Source: Rozella allomycis CSF55 (lineage: Eukaryota). Taken from it: 38,509 bases of DNA. The stretch covers positions 1 through 38,509 of the forward strand of contig KE560823.1 in the NCBI GenBank assembly GCA_000442015.1, written 5' to 3'. Within the stretch, counting starts at the first letter, position 1. Each line of letters begins with the position of its first letter. Below, one piece after another: positions 10,989-23,275 of the stretch. The translations under genes and the position numbers were made by a program. Below the pieces are notes generated by a model. That model was not told the DNA's origin. It ran no database searches and was given only the letters and a program-made list of their open reading frames with translations.

Positions 10989-13005
10989 TTAGGTGTACAA
11001 AGAAATCAAGAATTCCACATCAGGCGAAATAATATTGGCAGGAATGTCAAAACCTTGGACTGTGGCTACTATTTTCTTTTCGGATATTGTTATTAAACTT
11101 CTCTCCTCAACAAATGATACTTTCTTGGTTAAAAGATTTTCAATATTGTTTTGATCTCGAATTTTTAACCATGTTGAAGCGCCCAATTTTCTCAGAGTAC
11201 GTAAATTCACTTCGGTAAACTTAAACTTTTCCAAATTGAAGCATTGCACCTGTTATGATAATAGTATTTTCGTACCATGTTCCCTGATTTATTCAAACAA
11301 ATTATTGATAGGTTTTCAGCAATGTGACGGCTAAATATGTTCCAAAAAGTTCTCCACTCTTCTAATTGATGACTGCATGATCTTAATTCGATTTTTGAGT
11401 TCTTTAACTGATGTCTGAAATCCACTATTACAATTACATTCATGAACTTACTTAGATGAAAAAAGAATGAAAGGTATTCTTCATCTTGGGCATCAAATCG
11501 GTCAAATGGCGAATTTTTGTTTAAAAATTCCAAAACAAAGGAAATTTTGCTTGAAAATGAAAGAGGATAGACTAATGTTGATTTAGTAGCGTAATTGGTC
11601 TTTTTGTCATAGGCAGAATAGTATTGCAAATGTTTTGTTGCACTCAGGACGTTTATCAATTGTTTCTTTTGTACTGAAGCTGAAGGAATTCCTAGTTGCA
11701 AGCTACAAGAGTAAGCCAAAGGAGCGTTAGATTTTATTGGCACTAATTCATTCTTTGCGTAGTCAACTTCATGGACAACATACCTATCACATTTTAATAA
11801 TTTAGCCAAGGGTTCGGCAATATCACATAAAATCGCCTTATTTGAATTATCAGGATCTGCTTTGGTGGCATTCATTACAGTTTTCATTATTAGCCCAATA
11901 GTTCCTTTGGCGGTCTCCCTTTCCATATTCATAGTTTCAAGACTAATGAAAAAGGATATTATTGAGCCCAATGTAGATAATAACATTTCATCATTTTTAT
12001 CAAAATATGGTGAAACTCCAGGGACTTTGTTAATTGCTTCTAGAATTCCTACCAAGGCACCGTTTCTGGACTTTATTGGACAGGTCAAAACACAATTCGT
12101 GTCCTTTGGATACCTGTTTTTAATAGGCTCTATATAGTATTCCGTGGATTTAAATGCACATGTATTGTAGATAGTAGCACTTGACGCAACATCCTGTCCA
12201 TGGGCAATATCTTCTTCTCTCAAAACCTTGGAACTGTCTTGAATGAAACTTTCAAGTGTGCTATAGAATACATATATTTCTCCAGTTATATTATCCCTTT
12301 TATAGAGGGTCATATTCAGAATTTGTAGTAATGGCGAGGTTGTTTCGAATATCCCTTTACAGACCTGAAGAAGCCCTGTTTCAGTCGATAGTCGATTTAC
12401 AAGATTCAAAAGTGAATGAATAACTGTGCATTTTTGCTGAAGGAATGCTATGCAATCTCTTAAGTCATTTTCATTTGCATGTTCGTAATTGTTGAGAACA
12501 GACTTTAAGTTATAATTGTTATCTACAAGCTTGGAATAAAGATCTCCTGTAAATTCTATGTGATTAGACGCGTTATTTTTTGTTCCAAAGTTGGTATTGT
12601 TATTCCTATTAAAAAGTTAATCCCAGAAATACCTTTTTACAACAGAACCCATTTTCTCCCCAAACATCAAGTTTGGGACTTGATATGTATTTTGCTTAAT
12701 TGATTTACCCGCTTGAGTAGAAATATATACTGCGGTCTATACTACTTAAGGCTAAGAAATACCTGGGAGGTCTCTGATAGATGCATATTTAAAGAAGAAC
12801 AAATAAATTCCGTCTCTTTTACCGAGCATCGTTCAAGAATTCCCTTTAAGAATGTTATTCGGACTTTGTCTGGCATTTTTGAGAAGGAAGCCCATAAATC
12901 TTGGACATTGTGATGAGGGCTATTTCGGGGCTCAAGAAAACTCTCGGTATTCTTTTTTTCAATCTTAATGCAAAGAGGCCTTTGGGATACAATTTGATCG
13001 GCCAT
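10989..13005 (-). CDS. Tandem-GAF-domain protein with no recognisable catalytic domain
   Basis: Two GAFs with NKFDE-type motifs: VLTCPIK...GILEAINK...FDKNDE and YDKKTNYATKSTLVYPL...LEFLNK...FDAQDEE. About 4 tiny introns join ORFs 12742-13005, 11207-12409 and 10989-11249. Confidence 0.8.
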
Positions 13006-13047
13006 CGGTTACTGGTTAGTGGTTGTTAAGCAAATATACATTTTTTA

Positions 13048-13410
13048 TTAAAGAACTACGGGTGCCATCGACATTACCCGGACGTATCTCGTGTACCTTA
13101 ATTCACGAGTCACGGGACCAAAGACTCTAGTGAACAAAGGCTTGTAATCCTTGCCAAGCAAAACCGCAGCATTGTCACCGAAACGAACGTATGAGCCATT
13201 TTCTCTTCTGAATTCTTTACGAGTTCGAATCACAAGAGCTTTATGAACTTCCCCCGGTTTTATTTCTGCATTTGGATGAGTTTCTTTTACAGTAACAGTA
13301 ATTACATCCCCAATTCTGGCCACTTTCTTTTTTCTAGTTATTCCAATCAACATTAATTTTTTTGCGCCCGAATTATCTGAGCATATTAATCTTGACAATT
13401 TAATTAGCAT
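13048..13410 (-). CDS. Mitochondrial (bacterial-type) ribosomal protein uL14
   Basis: CSDNSGAK, ARIGDVITVTVK, ALVIRTRK, GSYVRFGDNAAVLL, TRVFGPVTREL; intronless. Confidence 0.92.
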   Translation of the reverse strand: MLIKLSRLICSDNSGAKKLMLIGITRKKKVARIGDVITVTVKETHPNAEIKPGEVHKALVIRTRKEFRRENGSYVRFGDNAAVLLGKDYKPLFTRVFGPVTRELRYTRYVRVMSMAPVVL

Positions 13411-13577
13411 TTTGGCGAGTTTGAAATTTCAAAGGAAAATTGCTTCTTTTGGAAACATTTCCTGCATGTATATATTTAAAAAAATACCTTCAAGTGGGTA
13501 ATGATTAGATGATACTATTAGTACTGTAAAAAAATAAAAATGTAGAAGTGTATCGAGGAACATTTATTTTATTGAAC

Positions 13578-15185
13578 CTATTTCTTCCGCCAAGTAGATC
13601 CTCCTAATTGGTCCTATTCATCAATTATATAATATTATACTCGTATAAGAATTTTATGCTTATTTTCAAGTGTTTTTCTAATGTTATCGCCTGTTTCATA
13701 GAGTTTTTCTTTTGTTGATCTATCCGTGCATGATTTGGCAATGTCTCTTATGTCATTCCTAAGATTTACATAATCTTCTACTAGACTATCGAATTCTTTG
13801 TATTTAACTTTTGAAAATGCTAGTCCTACACTCTCCAATTCTGTTATTAGAAGTGAAACACAATATTTTAGGGACGATGTTGTTATTTCTTCCGATTTGA
13901 CAATCTGTGTAAGGATTTTAATATGCGATTCAGCCAAGCTAAGCATCTTTGATGTATTGAAGTCGTCACAAAGTGCGTCGTTCATTTCCTGAACGATATT
14001 ATGCGTTCTGATAATTTAATGCGACTAGTTCCTTACTGCTGTTTAATGTCGGTTTTATCTGCAATCAAGTCACTTTTATAAAATTTTTCCGTTTCAATCA
14101 AATTCATTATCTGATTTTCCCAATGAACAGCTTTATCCATTTGTTCTTTATTAAATTGAAGCATCTTTTGATATTTACAGCTCATGAACATAATCCTTAA
14201 TTGATTAGATGTCATTTTAGTCAAAAATTCCTTTTTGGATCGACTAAATAAGTTTACGCGAACAGTGACAAAATTCCCCAAAGATTTGGACATTTTTTCG
14301 CCATTGATTAATAAATGGCCCGAGTGAAGAAATGTTTTGCACCATTCATCTTCATGATACATTTTGCATTGCGCTATTTCGTTCTCGTGATGTGGAAACT
14401 TTAAATCGCTTCCTCCCGTATGCAAATCAATCTTAGATCCAAAAATTAGGCTAAATTAATTATTCGAAGTATTTTACGATGAGAGAACAGAACATTCAAT
14501 ATGCCAACCTGGTCTACCATCACCCCAAGGTGAAGGCCAGCATTTCTCATCTTTTACTTTTAAAGATTTCCACAATGCAAAATCACTAGCGTTAATTTTA
14601 TCTTTGGCAGGGATTTTATCAAGGTACCGGTTACACTGGACGTTGAATACTCAGAATCGGAATCGGAATGAAAGACCCATGTGTTGTCTTGAAGATACTT
14701 TTTGCAATTAAAATACACATTCCCTAAACTTGTTGCATAGGCAACATTTTTATCAATTAATCCTTTAATAAAGCTTTGTATCCTCTCAATATTTTCAGTA
14801 ACACGGATGGTCACAGTGGGCTTAAGAATATTTAATGAATTCATATCTTCCATGAATCGTTTCTCATACTTATGAGCAAGTTCAGATGTCGATATTTCAG
14901 TTTCAGATGCACGTTTTATTATTTTATCATCAATGTCAGTCATATTCATAGCTTGAATAATTTGATATCCATTTTTTTCAAGAATACGACGAATTATATC
15001 AAATGTAATGTAATTTCTGGCATGCCCAATATGAGCATCATCGTACACCGTGGGGCCGCATTGATACCTTACATTTGTTGAATATAAAATCTCTACCAAG
15101 TCAAAATTCCAGGGACATTTGTTTTCAGTAGCTCCTTTTTCTTCGAGTAACTGTTGTACAGAAATATTGGTCTAAGCTTAGACAT
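13578..15185 (-). CDS. Cysteinyl-tRNA synthetase (short form, probably mitochondrial)
   Basis: [56 protein letters not shown]-terminal DQLGGSTW. Six tiny introns restore the frame. Confidence 0.92.
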
Positions 15186-15493
15186 TCTATCCAAGCCACG
15201 CGTAAAATATTGAATTATTCCTGTTTGGTTGAACGAACTCGTAAATTGAATTAAAAGCCCAATATTTGTTAATTAAAACTGTAAAATGCAAATACACGTC
15301 ATAATTTAATCCTCGAATTCATTTGATTATGTACCTAATGATGATGAAGTTAGGTACAAATTTCCAATTTAGAACAATAAAGATAAATCCTTTGCCTTAA
15401 TTACTATTTACTTTAACGTCTTTGATTTCCTTAGCATTGATCGCAAAGTGAAAAAGGAATCTTATTTTTAGTTTTACATTAAGCATGTGTGGT

Positions 15494-16000
15494 TTATTTA
15501 GATACAATCTCCTTTATATCTTTCTCATTGGATAAGTTTGTAAAATCTGGCACTACTTTCTTTTCATGTTTAGCATGTGGGTATTTCATTTGCATGTCAT
15601 CTTGGCCGTATGAAACAGTTTCGTCATGAATATCCACATTACAGTGTCGTCCTCTGGGAATACTTGGCATAATATTAGCCTAATTCAAGCCTTATATCGT
15701 AATTACTTTTCCCAATAGCTTTCGTACAAGGCCCATGGGTTGTGCGCCATTTCCCAGCCAATACTTTATTCTAGTAAAATCAAGTAAAACGTATTTTCTT
15801 TTCTCAGAGTCTGGATATGGCTCATAAGACCCTAGCTCTTCTATAAATTTTCCATTTCTTTTAGCTTCTTTGGGAGCGACTACAATTCGATAGAACCTCG
15901 CCTTTGTGGAACCAAGTTGTTGCATTCTGATTCTTACATTCCCTTTGGGCAAATGGCGCTTAAAGAACAGAAAGTTATTTGGATGGGGTAATTTAACCAT
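15494..16000 (-). CDS. Mitochondrial ribosomal protein bS16
   Basis: VRIRMQQLG, FYRIVVA, RNGKFIEELGSYEP, RIKYWLGNGAQP. One 27-nt intron leads to a C-terminal exon ending EIVSK*. Confidence 0.9.
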
Positions 16001-16089
16001 TAAGGAAATTGCGCAATTGATTTAATCATGTGAATAGAAAGTATTCTTTATTTACATTGCAGATTTTCGGTAATTTTGTTTACATCATC

Positions 16090-16655
16090 ATGGTAAATTA
16101 ACATTCTATTTGTTTTTTAGATTCAATTCATTATATTATTTAGCAGGCATGGAAAGGTTAGACTTAAACGGTGGTTTACTACGTATAGTGTCAAAGACAA
16201 ACAAAAACTAACTGTAGATGCGGTTAACACTATTCTCTCCAGAAAATCTGACATGTGCAACGTCTTGGAATGGAAAGAGCATAAACTGATTTACAAAAGA
16301 TATGCCAGTCTTTATTTTTGTGCTGGAGTATCTCAAGATGAGAATGAGCTAATCATTTTAGAAATGATACATAGATATGTAGAACTACTTGATGAATACT
16401 TTGGAAATGTAAGTGTTTATCATTAAGAAAAAGTAGGTTTGCGAATTGGATGTTGTGTTCAATTTTGAATGCGTAAAAAGTAAATTTCTGTTTGATTAGG
16501 CATACTATATTCTTGATGAGCTCTTTATTGGCGGTGAATTACAAGAATCAAGCAAAAGAGTTGTTAGTGCGACAATGAAGTTAGCTGATGAAACTGAAAA
16601 AGCCGATTTCTTAATGTCTACTATATCTGACACAAATTTATTATCATTCAAATAA
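16090..16655 (+). CDS. APS1: Adaptor complex sigma subunit, AP-1 type (missed by the ORF track)
   Basis: ATG-only first exon; introns 16093-16120, 16409-16436, 16473-16499. Product MIQFIILFSRHGKVRLKRWF...IYKRYASLYF...[34 protein letters not shown]...ILDELFIGGELQESSK. Confidence 0.9.
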
Positions 16656-16683
16656 ATTTCGTTTTCACTCTTACACGCTACTA

Positions 16684-17482
16684 TTAAAATTGAAGAAACT
16701 TTTCAAGGTTTTGGTGAACTGTCTCTATCACCTCCTTAAGATCCTTTTCTTTAACTTCTGCCACCAGCTCATATATATTGACAATAGCGTCATTAATTTT
16801 AGTGGGATCGTGTAAATCGGTTTCCAGCAATAACTGGTCCCATGGGCACTCCCTAATGAGATCCTTGGTCCATTTACATCTTTGATTAATAATTTCGGAG
16901 AATGAAAAATATATCCTCTTTGCTTGTTTTAGTTTCAGTAATTGCTTCATAGAATCGGGTGACCCGCCAAACGAGTGCAACATAATGGATGGAGGCCATT
17001 TTTCTTGCATTGAAAAAAATTCATGCAGTTTTCCATGTTGACGAACACAATGAACTGAAATTGGCCTTTGTAATTCAACTGCCATTTGAAATTGTTTCTC
17101 AAAACATTGCCACTATGTGAAGAAAAGCTAAAGTATATACTTGGAATTCTTTGTCAACAGTATTTGTTCCTGGTGTTGTCGAGCATTTGTCAATCCCGAT
17201 TTCACCTATCAAGGCTTTTGGGTTTATCAACAGCAATCTTCTTAACTCGTCAACCCATTCGAATGAATTTAACTCTTGCTTTACTTTATATGATAACCAA
17301 GGGTGCAATCCTAGACATGGAATTACTGAAGATTTGGCTTCATGCAGCTTCAGAACACTTTGCCATTGATTTGGCTCTGAAGACATCACGAGTATTTTAT
17401 CGAGATTTATTGCTCCTAAAAGTGAGAAAACGTCGGGATGATCTATGATATGTGAATGGCAATCTACAAGTTTAGAGAGCAT
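16684..17482 (-). CDS. TatD-family metallo-dependent nuclease (Scn1/TATDN3-like)
   Basis: LVDCHSH, LGLHPW, IGEIGID, PISVHCV, LHSFGGS, LLLETD; intron 17113-17140. Confidence 0.9.
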
Positions 17483-17658
17483 TTTCGAAATTTCAGAGCT
17501 GATCTACAAAGTTTGATTGTGATATGACATCACACCAGATGAAGCTATCATCTCAAAGTATTTGCAAGAATTAATAGTCTATAAAAGTGAAATGGGCCAT
17601 TTATTTCAAAAGTGAATTCATATACAAAGATGACTCTGAGTACTTAGGGCGTACCGGT

Positions 17659-18220
17659 TTAATAATTGATTCTCTTTTCGGACTTCATTGTCTATAATTT
17701 GAACGTAGCAAAAGCGTTACTAAATCTAGGTAATCTTGGGACAATTGTCTTTTGAGAGGATAAGAATCTAGTTTATTTTCATCGTATTTTGGATCCATTT
17801 CTTTTTCCAACATACCTTAGTTTTAATGCAAGCTGTAAAGTATACTTCGTATGCCAAACTCCGCCATTGAAGTAATTTCAGCTCTAGACAATTGGTCATC
17901 TAATAAATCTGATATACGATACCTAAAAAAGTCATAAATTCGGTCATCTCTAAAACTCATCAAACTACTTTTTACGACTGAATGGCTTTTATAAATGTAT
18001 TTTTTAATTTGTCCATTTGTTCTTCATAATTTGAAGCATTATAGTTAGGTTTCCCCAGTTTCTCGAAAACTCTTTTTATTCTGTACTCTATATCCTCAAT
18101 TAAATGTTTTTCATCCTTGTTAGATATCTTTGAATTGATTGATTTGCGGGCATTTAATCTAAACTGGGAATATTTTTCTAAGCTTTCTATTTCTTTAATA
18201 GCATCTCTTGAATTTTTCAT
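17659..18220 (-). CDS. Hypothetical multi-exon protein, 3' structure uncertain
   Basis: An 82-aa first ORF ends at a GTAAAA donor with AG 26 nt later. Several downstream splice paths are possible, and I recognise no family. Confidence 0.45.
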
Positions 18221-18282
18221 TCTCTAAATTTCCAACCTTTGGCATGGGCTGTCAATTAGGTAAGTAGGTACTTGACAACCTG

Positions 18283-19623
18283 ATGCCGATCGATGAATCT
18301 AGTGGAAACGATAGTTCCAACGAGAAATTATCTGCTTCAGAAACTGATTTACGCAAGTTGTCGTTAACAAATGACGAAAGGCCTGTCCGCATCCAGAACT
18401 CTCTTCCGTCTGTTGGGTCGAGTTCGGGTAGCAAAAGGTCTACGGCATCTCCGTGGTCAACATTGCAGTAAAATAAAGTATGTTCAATAACTAGAAATTT
18501 TCGATCTAATGTTCAAGCAGAGCAGGAAGAAGCTTCTTTCCCATACGACCATCAAAGTTTAGCGGTTTTGCCAGAGCAAATGCAATTAAACTCTTATCAG
18601 AATAATGTTAATCATGGTACAAATTATCAGAAAGTGGCTATTTTTTGGGATCTTGAAAACTGCCCTCCGCCAACTGGGATGCCGGGTTACGTGGTAGTGG
18701 AAAACATCAGAAAAGCAGTTCATCACTTTGGCAATATATGTCTCTTTAAAGTAAAGGTTGAAATTGATTTCGATAGGCTTATCTGGAAATATCTGAGCGG
18801 GAACATAAAAAGAGCTTAAGAAGCGAATTGCAGAGTTCAGGGGTGAGTTTGACTGATTGCCCTCATAATGGGCAAAAAGATTCAGGTAATTATAGTTGAA
18901 GCTAGTCTTATAGCCGACAAAATGATTTTGGTGGACATGCTTTCTTTCGCACTAGATAATCCACCACCAGCTACTATCGTACTCATATCAGGCGACAAGG
19001 ATTTTGTTTATGGATTGGCAACTTTAAGGAATAGAAAGTAATCAAATTGAAACATATGCAATAAAGATATTCAGTAGTATTGATAGTTCCAAACAAGGGC
19101 GCGCCAATAATATTAAGAACTCAAGCTAGTACTATTTTGGAATGGAGATATGACGTTCTAAAATTTGATGCGTGGAAAGACACTATAATGCTTATGCAGA
19201 ATATGAAAATGCAAAAGAACAATGTCCCAACTAAAGACCTGGAGCCCGATATGGGCGATGAAAACAAAGAGGAATCTGATCAATTTTCTGATTTCCAAAG
19301 CCCGAAAGCTCCAGGGTTTTTTGATGTTCTTGTTGAGGTTTTGCAACAATTTGAACAAACGGGAGAGAAGAAACCCCTTCGAAGCAAAGTTGGCAACATT
19401 CTAATGTTAAGGAATCCACTCTTGTATCAACGATCAGGTGTATCTTCATTTAAAGGTACTATTTAAATAAACTTTAAACCTAGACTACGTTGAATTGGCA
19501 TTGCAGGAAGGAATAGTTGAAATTGGCGGTGAAAGAGCGAGTGCGTGGATAATGCTTCGTAGAAAGAAAACATCAAACGATTCAATTCAAAGCAACCAAA
19601 GCGGAAGCGCTCAAAGAAGTTAA
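18283..19623 (+). CDS. NYN-domain (MARF1/limkain-b1-like) ribonuclease with a C-terminal OST-HTH/LOTUS-like domain
   Basis: VAIFWDLENC, LRSELQSSGVSLTDCPHNG, ADKMILVDML, IVLISGDKDF; C-terminal PLRSKVG...YQRSGVSSFKDYVELA. Five tiny introns. Confidence 0.88.
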
Positions 19624-19631
19624 TAAATCAT

Positions 19632-20744
19632 TTAGTCAATTTTATAGTTTGGTATTCTAATACACAGTTCTCCATCTTCATCAATTAATGCGTCCACATT
19701 GTATTTCTTTGCTTTGGACTTTAAGTCGCATTCTTCGGATTCGCAATCAGAAAAATCATCCTCCAAATGAGGTGGCCAGTTGGAATCGCCGTTGTTTGTT
19801 TCAAATGAATACCCATCACCCTTTGGGCTTCCAGTAAAGATCCATTCCATGACACTTTCACCCATCACAGAAAAAATATTCTTTTTCCAACCCAGATCAA
19901 AAGGATACTTGGGCTTATATCATCAGTATTTTAGCAACATACCTCTTTTAAATACTTTACCTTGCATGCCGCTCTTACCGAATTCTCTTCCAATTTTTCT
20001 ATATTCGTTTTATTTGAAAGCACAATAGACAACTTTCAGTTTGTCACTTTAATTGCAGTTTACTTGAACTCCGAATAGAATTGAAACAGCAATAAACACA
20101 AAAAATGAAACAAAAGCGGTTATTCCCAAAATCAAAAATTCGAGTGCTGTATTTAATGCCTTTAAATTGTCGATTGGATTTTTTATTACCGTCCCATTAA
20201 AAAACATCCACTCTGATTTAATTTGAAACATTCGATATCCACACATCGCCATACAAAATAAACAGCAAAAGCATGTATGAAACAAAAATCGTATAAATTG
20301 AGCATGATTTCTATGCCCAACACATTGACCAATCCAGGGACCTCTTTTCAACAATATCAACTGTTTTACAATGATGATCCATCTTGAGCACACATCTATA
20401 TTAAACTTTATGAAAAATTACTTTTTGCATTCTCTGCAATGATGAGCTCGAACAGGCCTTTCGATCAGGCAACTTTTACACATTCCCGGCCTTTTAATAC
20501 AGTCGTTATTCATTTCTTTTTCATTCACAAAACCCGGACTTTTTCTACAAGTTTTGATATATGTATATATTAAATGAAGAAGTGCCAAATGATAACAGTA
20601 GTAGGCCAATTTTGTAGCAATTGAATTTGTTTGCTTCTGCCATTCATGAAAGGAATATATTGTCGGAACAAGATAACAAAATAGAATAGTGCCAAATGCG
20701 ACAGTAATGTACAATCCTTTGACTATCTTTTTGAGAAAATCCAT
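19632..20744 (-). CDS. PFA4: DHHC palmitoyltransferase, Pfa4/ZDHHC6-like
   Basis: Spliced CKSC...[56 protein letters not shown]; TM helices present. Confidence 0.85.
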
Positions 20745-20813
20745 TTCGAAATTACAGTATTCGGCTGCATGGTCATATGATAATTAAATCTACATCAAAA
20801 AATGATTATTTTA

Positions 20814-22956
20814 TTAACAGCTAAATATTAAGAGCTTTTTTAACAATACAGAAACTGTTAAGCATAGTTCAGAATTCCTCTTGTCAAGCAAGTCCTGGAC
20901 GCTAGGATTCAAGGATAAAAGACATTTCAGTACATTAGAATGGGGCTATTTGAATATATCAAGATTATTACAATCGCGTTGTCTGCAATCTTAATTTCAT
21001 TATTCTCAACATTGTCTGGGTTTTCAATTTCAAAAGCAGTTTGATAAAACAAATCACCGACAGGATAAAACTTGTCAAAAGATATCAACCTTGTAGTATT
21101 CTAATGATGGTGCAAGTTTTTTGTTACGTCTGGTAATACTGCCAAAAATATGCAGCGGGTGGGACTTGTTAATCTATTCCATGAACTGAACTGAAAGTTA
21201 ATTGAAGTGCAGCACATGCTAATTCCATCAATTACACTATTTTCGCTTTCAGGAGACTTTATTATTTAAAATTGTTTACATTACTTTTCTCTTTATTCTC
21301 TCTGGATCAATGTTATTCACGGACTTTGGAGCCATATAGTTATAACCATAATAAGAGAGCATCTTATGAGAGAGAAATCTACATTTTACGTAAAGTAACT
21401 CTGAAGGTGTGTATTTGACGTTCTCATTTAATTCGCCGTTTGAAGATGGAAAGTTCAATCGGCAGAATTCTGGGAAAATTGATACTTCTAGTTGTGTTTG
21501 GAGCCCTTTTAGTGACAATAGCACGGAATCATTTCCTTGGCTGCTAAGCGTCCATGACTGAAGAGGAAACTCTGGATGATTCTCCTTTATTCGACACTAT
21601 TTTTTCAAATTACGTGAGTGACAATAGTTGGTTTGAAATTTGTTGTTTTAAATGTTATCGTGCTCCCTTCAACGTGAATGTCAGAGAACCCATCGGACCT
21701 CCACTTTCGATCATCAAAATCCCAATACAACAATTTAAGACTATCGTGATGGATGAATGTACCAGTCTTCGTGGTATATTTAACTTCAGCTTGCCAAATA
21801 CTTTGAGAATTTTCATTCACGGTTTCATTGTCAGATTCATTAATGTCAACAGACTGTTGTGTAGAAAATGGATATTTCATTCTCTTGTTATCAAAGTTTT
21901 GCAAATCTAAAATCATTCAATTCACTCATTACAAGTTCTTATAGTCCATCCATTTCCATTTCTTGGTTGATCTGGCATTTCAAAAAGATCGAGATAGAGA
22001 ACACCTCCAACGATAGTTTTATTGCCATCCACTACTCTATCATCATGTTCAAAATAGTCAACAGCAGTTATATTTTCATCCAAACGACATATCATTGCTG
22101 TACTCGATAACGCAACAGGTTTAGGCATATCAAAGGTAAGGCGACCATCGAACAACGTAAAGTTTTTAAATCTTGGGTTCTTTGTATAGTTGGCCCACAA
22201 ACCAAAATGATGGTCATGACACGACTTTGTAATTATCAAGTTTTCACTATTTTCTCTAGGAAAAGTATCCAAAAATTGCAACAAATCTAGCGCATAGTCA
22301 TTCCACTTTTCATTTATAGCCGCTTTCATTATTGCCAACAGTTCTTTAGCCAGAGTACAATTATGCTCATTGTTCTCGTCAATCGCCTTTATTTTGAACA
22401 TGTGAAGCTCCTTGCAAAACTATTTCATCAAAAGTAATTTAGTACTGCTTCACCCTCTGCCAATAATGGCTCCAGTTTAGAAGTACCGTGATCACTCGAT
22501 ACAACATTTTCTTCCGTCCATGTGGCAATGTATGTGTTAACATCGCCGGCATTGTTCGGTTCTGGTACTCTACTGCACTGCATGAATTTGGTCCACGATA
22601 ATTTTTCCATGCGCTCATTTTTTAGGTTTTTAATAACTTGATCTTGGGATTCTCTAATTTTGATGGTCTCAATTTCCTCATTTTCCATGTTCGATCTATT
22701 CTTAATGCATGTTATCACATAATTGTACTTGATCAAACCGTTTGACAAGCAATTCTTTCTCTTTTCTTATTTTTTCCTCTTTCTCTTTTCTCAATTGTTC
22801 CAACCTTGCCAATTCTGTCACAACTTTCGTTAAGTGTTACCCTGCTCTTGTAATAATCTTTGTTCTTCCTCAATTTTTTCTTTGTGATTAGAAATAATGG
22901 TTGTTACCTCTTTCCAAATCCTTTTTTGACTTTTTTGACTTTTTAGCGGACGGCAT
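20814..22956 (-). CDS. DNAI7: CASC1/CFAP94 (IC97) axonemal inner-arm dynein intermediate chain
   Basis: Lys-rich start and coiled coil, WTKFMQC...PEP...VNTYIATW, GLWANYTKNPR, VGGVLYLDL..MPDQP...GWT, WRSDG, FPLQSW, FSSWN. Nine 26-29 nt introns give an unbroken frame. Confidence 0.82.
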
Positions 22957-23085
22957 AATATACCAACAATTGTTTGGAAATGTTGAAAAGTCAAAAACTT
23001 GGACTTATGATTATATCAAATTATCAATTAGCTATATCTTTCTTAAAACAAAAAAATTAAATTTTTGCTACAATACAAAAAAGAA

Positions 23086-23167
23086 TAGTGAGAGTGGGAT
23101 TTGAACCCACGCCTCCGAAGAGATAAGAGCTTGAATCATACGCCTTAGACCGCTCGGCCATCTCACC
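23086..23167 (-). tRNA. tRNA-Leu(CAA), intronless
   Basis: 82-nt cloverleaf GGTGAGA...TCTCACTA. Anticodon arm TATGA-TTCAAGC-TCTTA has one T-T mismatch; long variable arm; T-run downstream. Confidence 0.92.
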
Positions 23168-23275
23168 ATTGAGAGCTTTAAACTTGTATTTGTTTATCAC
23201 ATTTCCGTTTATGTTTTAAGGTACAAAATGCTGTAATAGTAGTCCCCTGTAGGTCGGTAAAAAAGAAAGCAAAAA

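Noticed and set aside
15338..15344. Box C (ATGATGA) of a C/D snoRNA
   Set aside because: No CTGA box D at a suitable distance.
17512..17557. Two adjacent 6-bp hairpins (tgtgat/atcaca, agatga/tcatct)
   Set aside because: These are short AT-rich stems that may lie within the uncertain 3' exons of the hypothetical gene; chance is not excluded.
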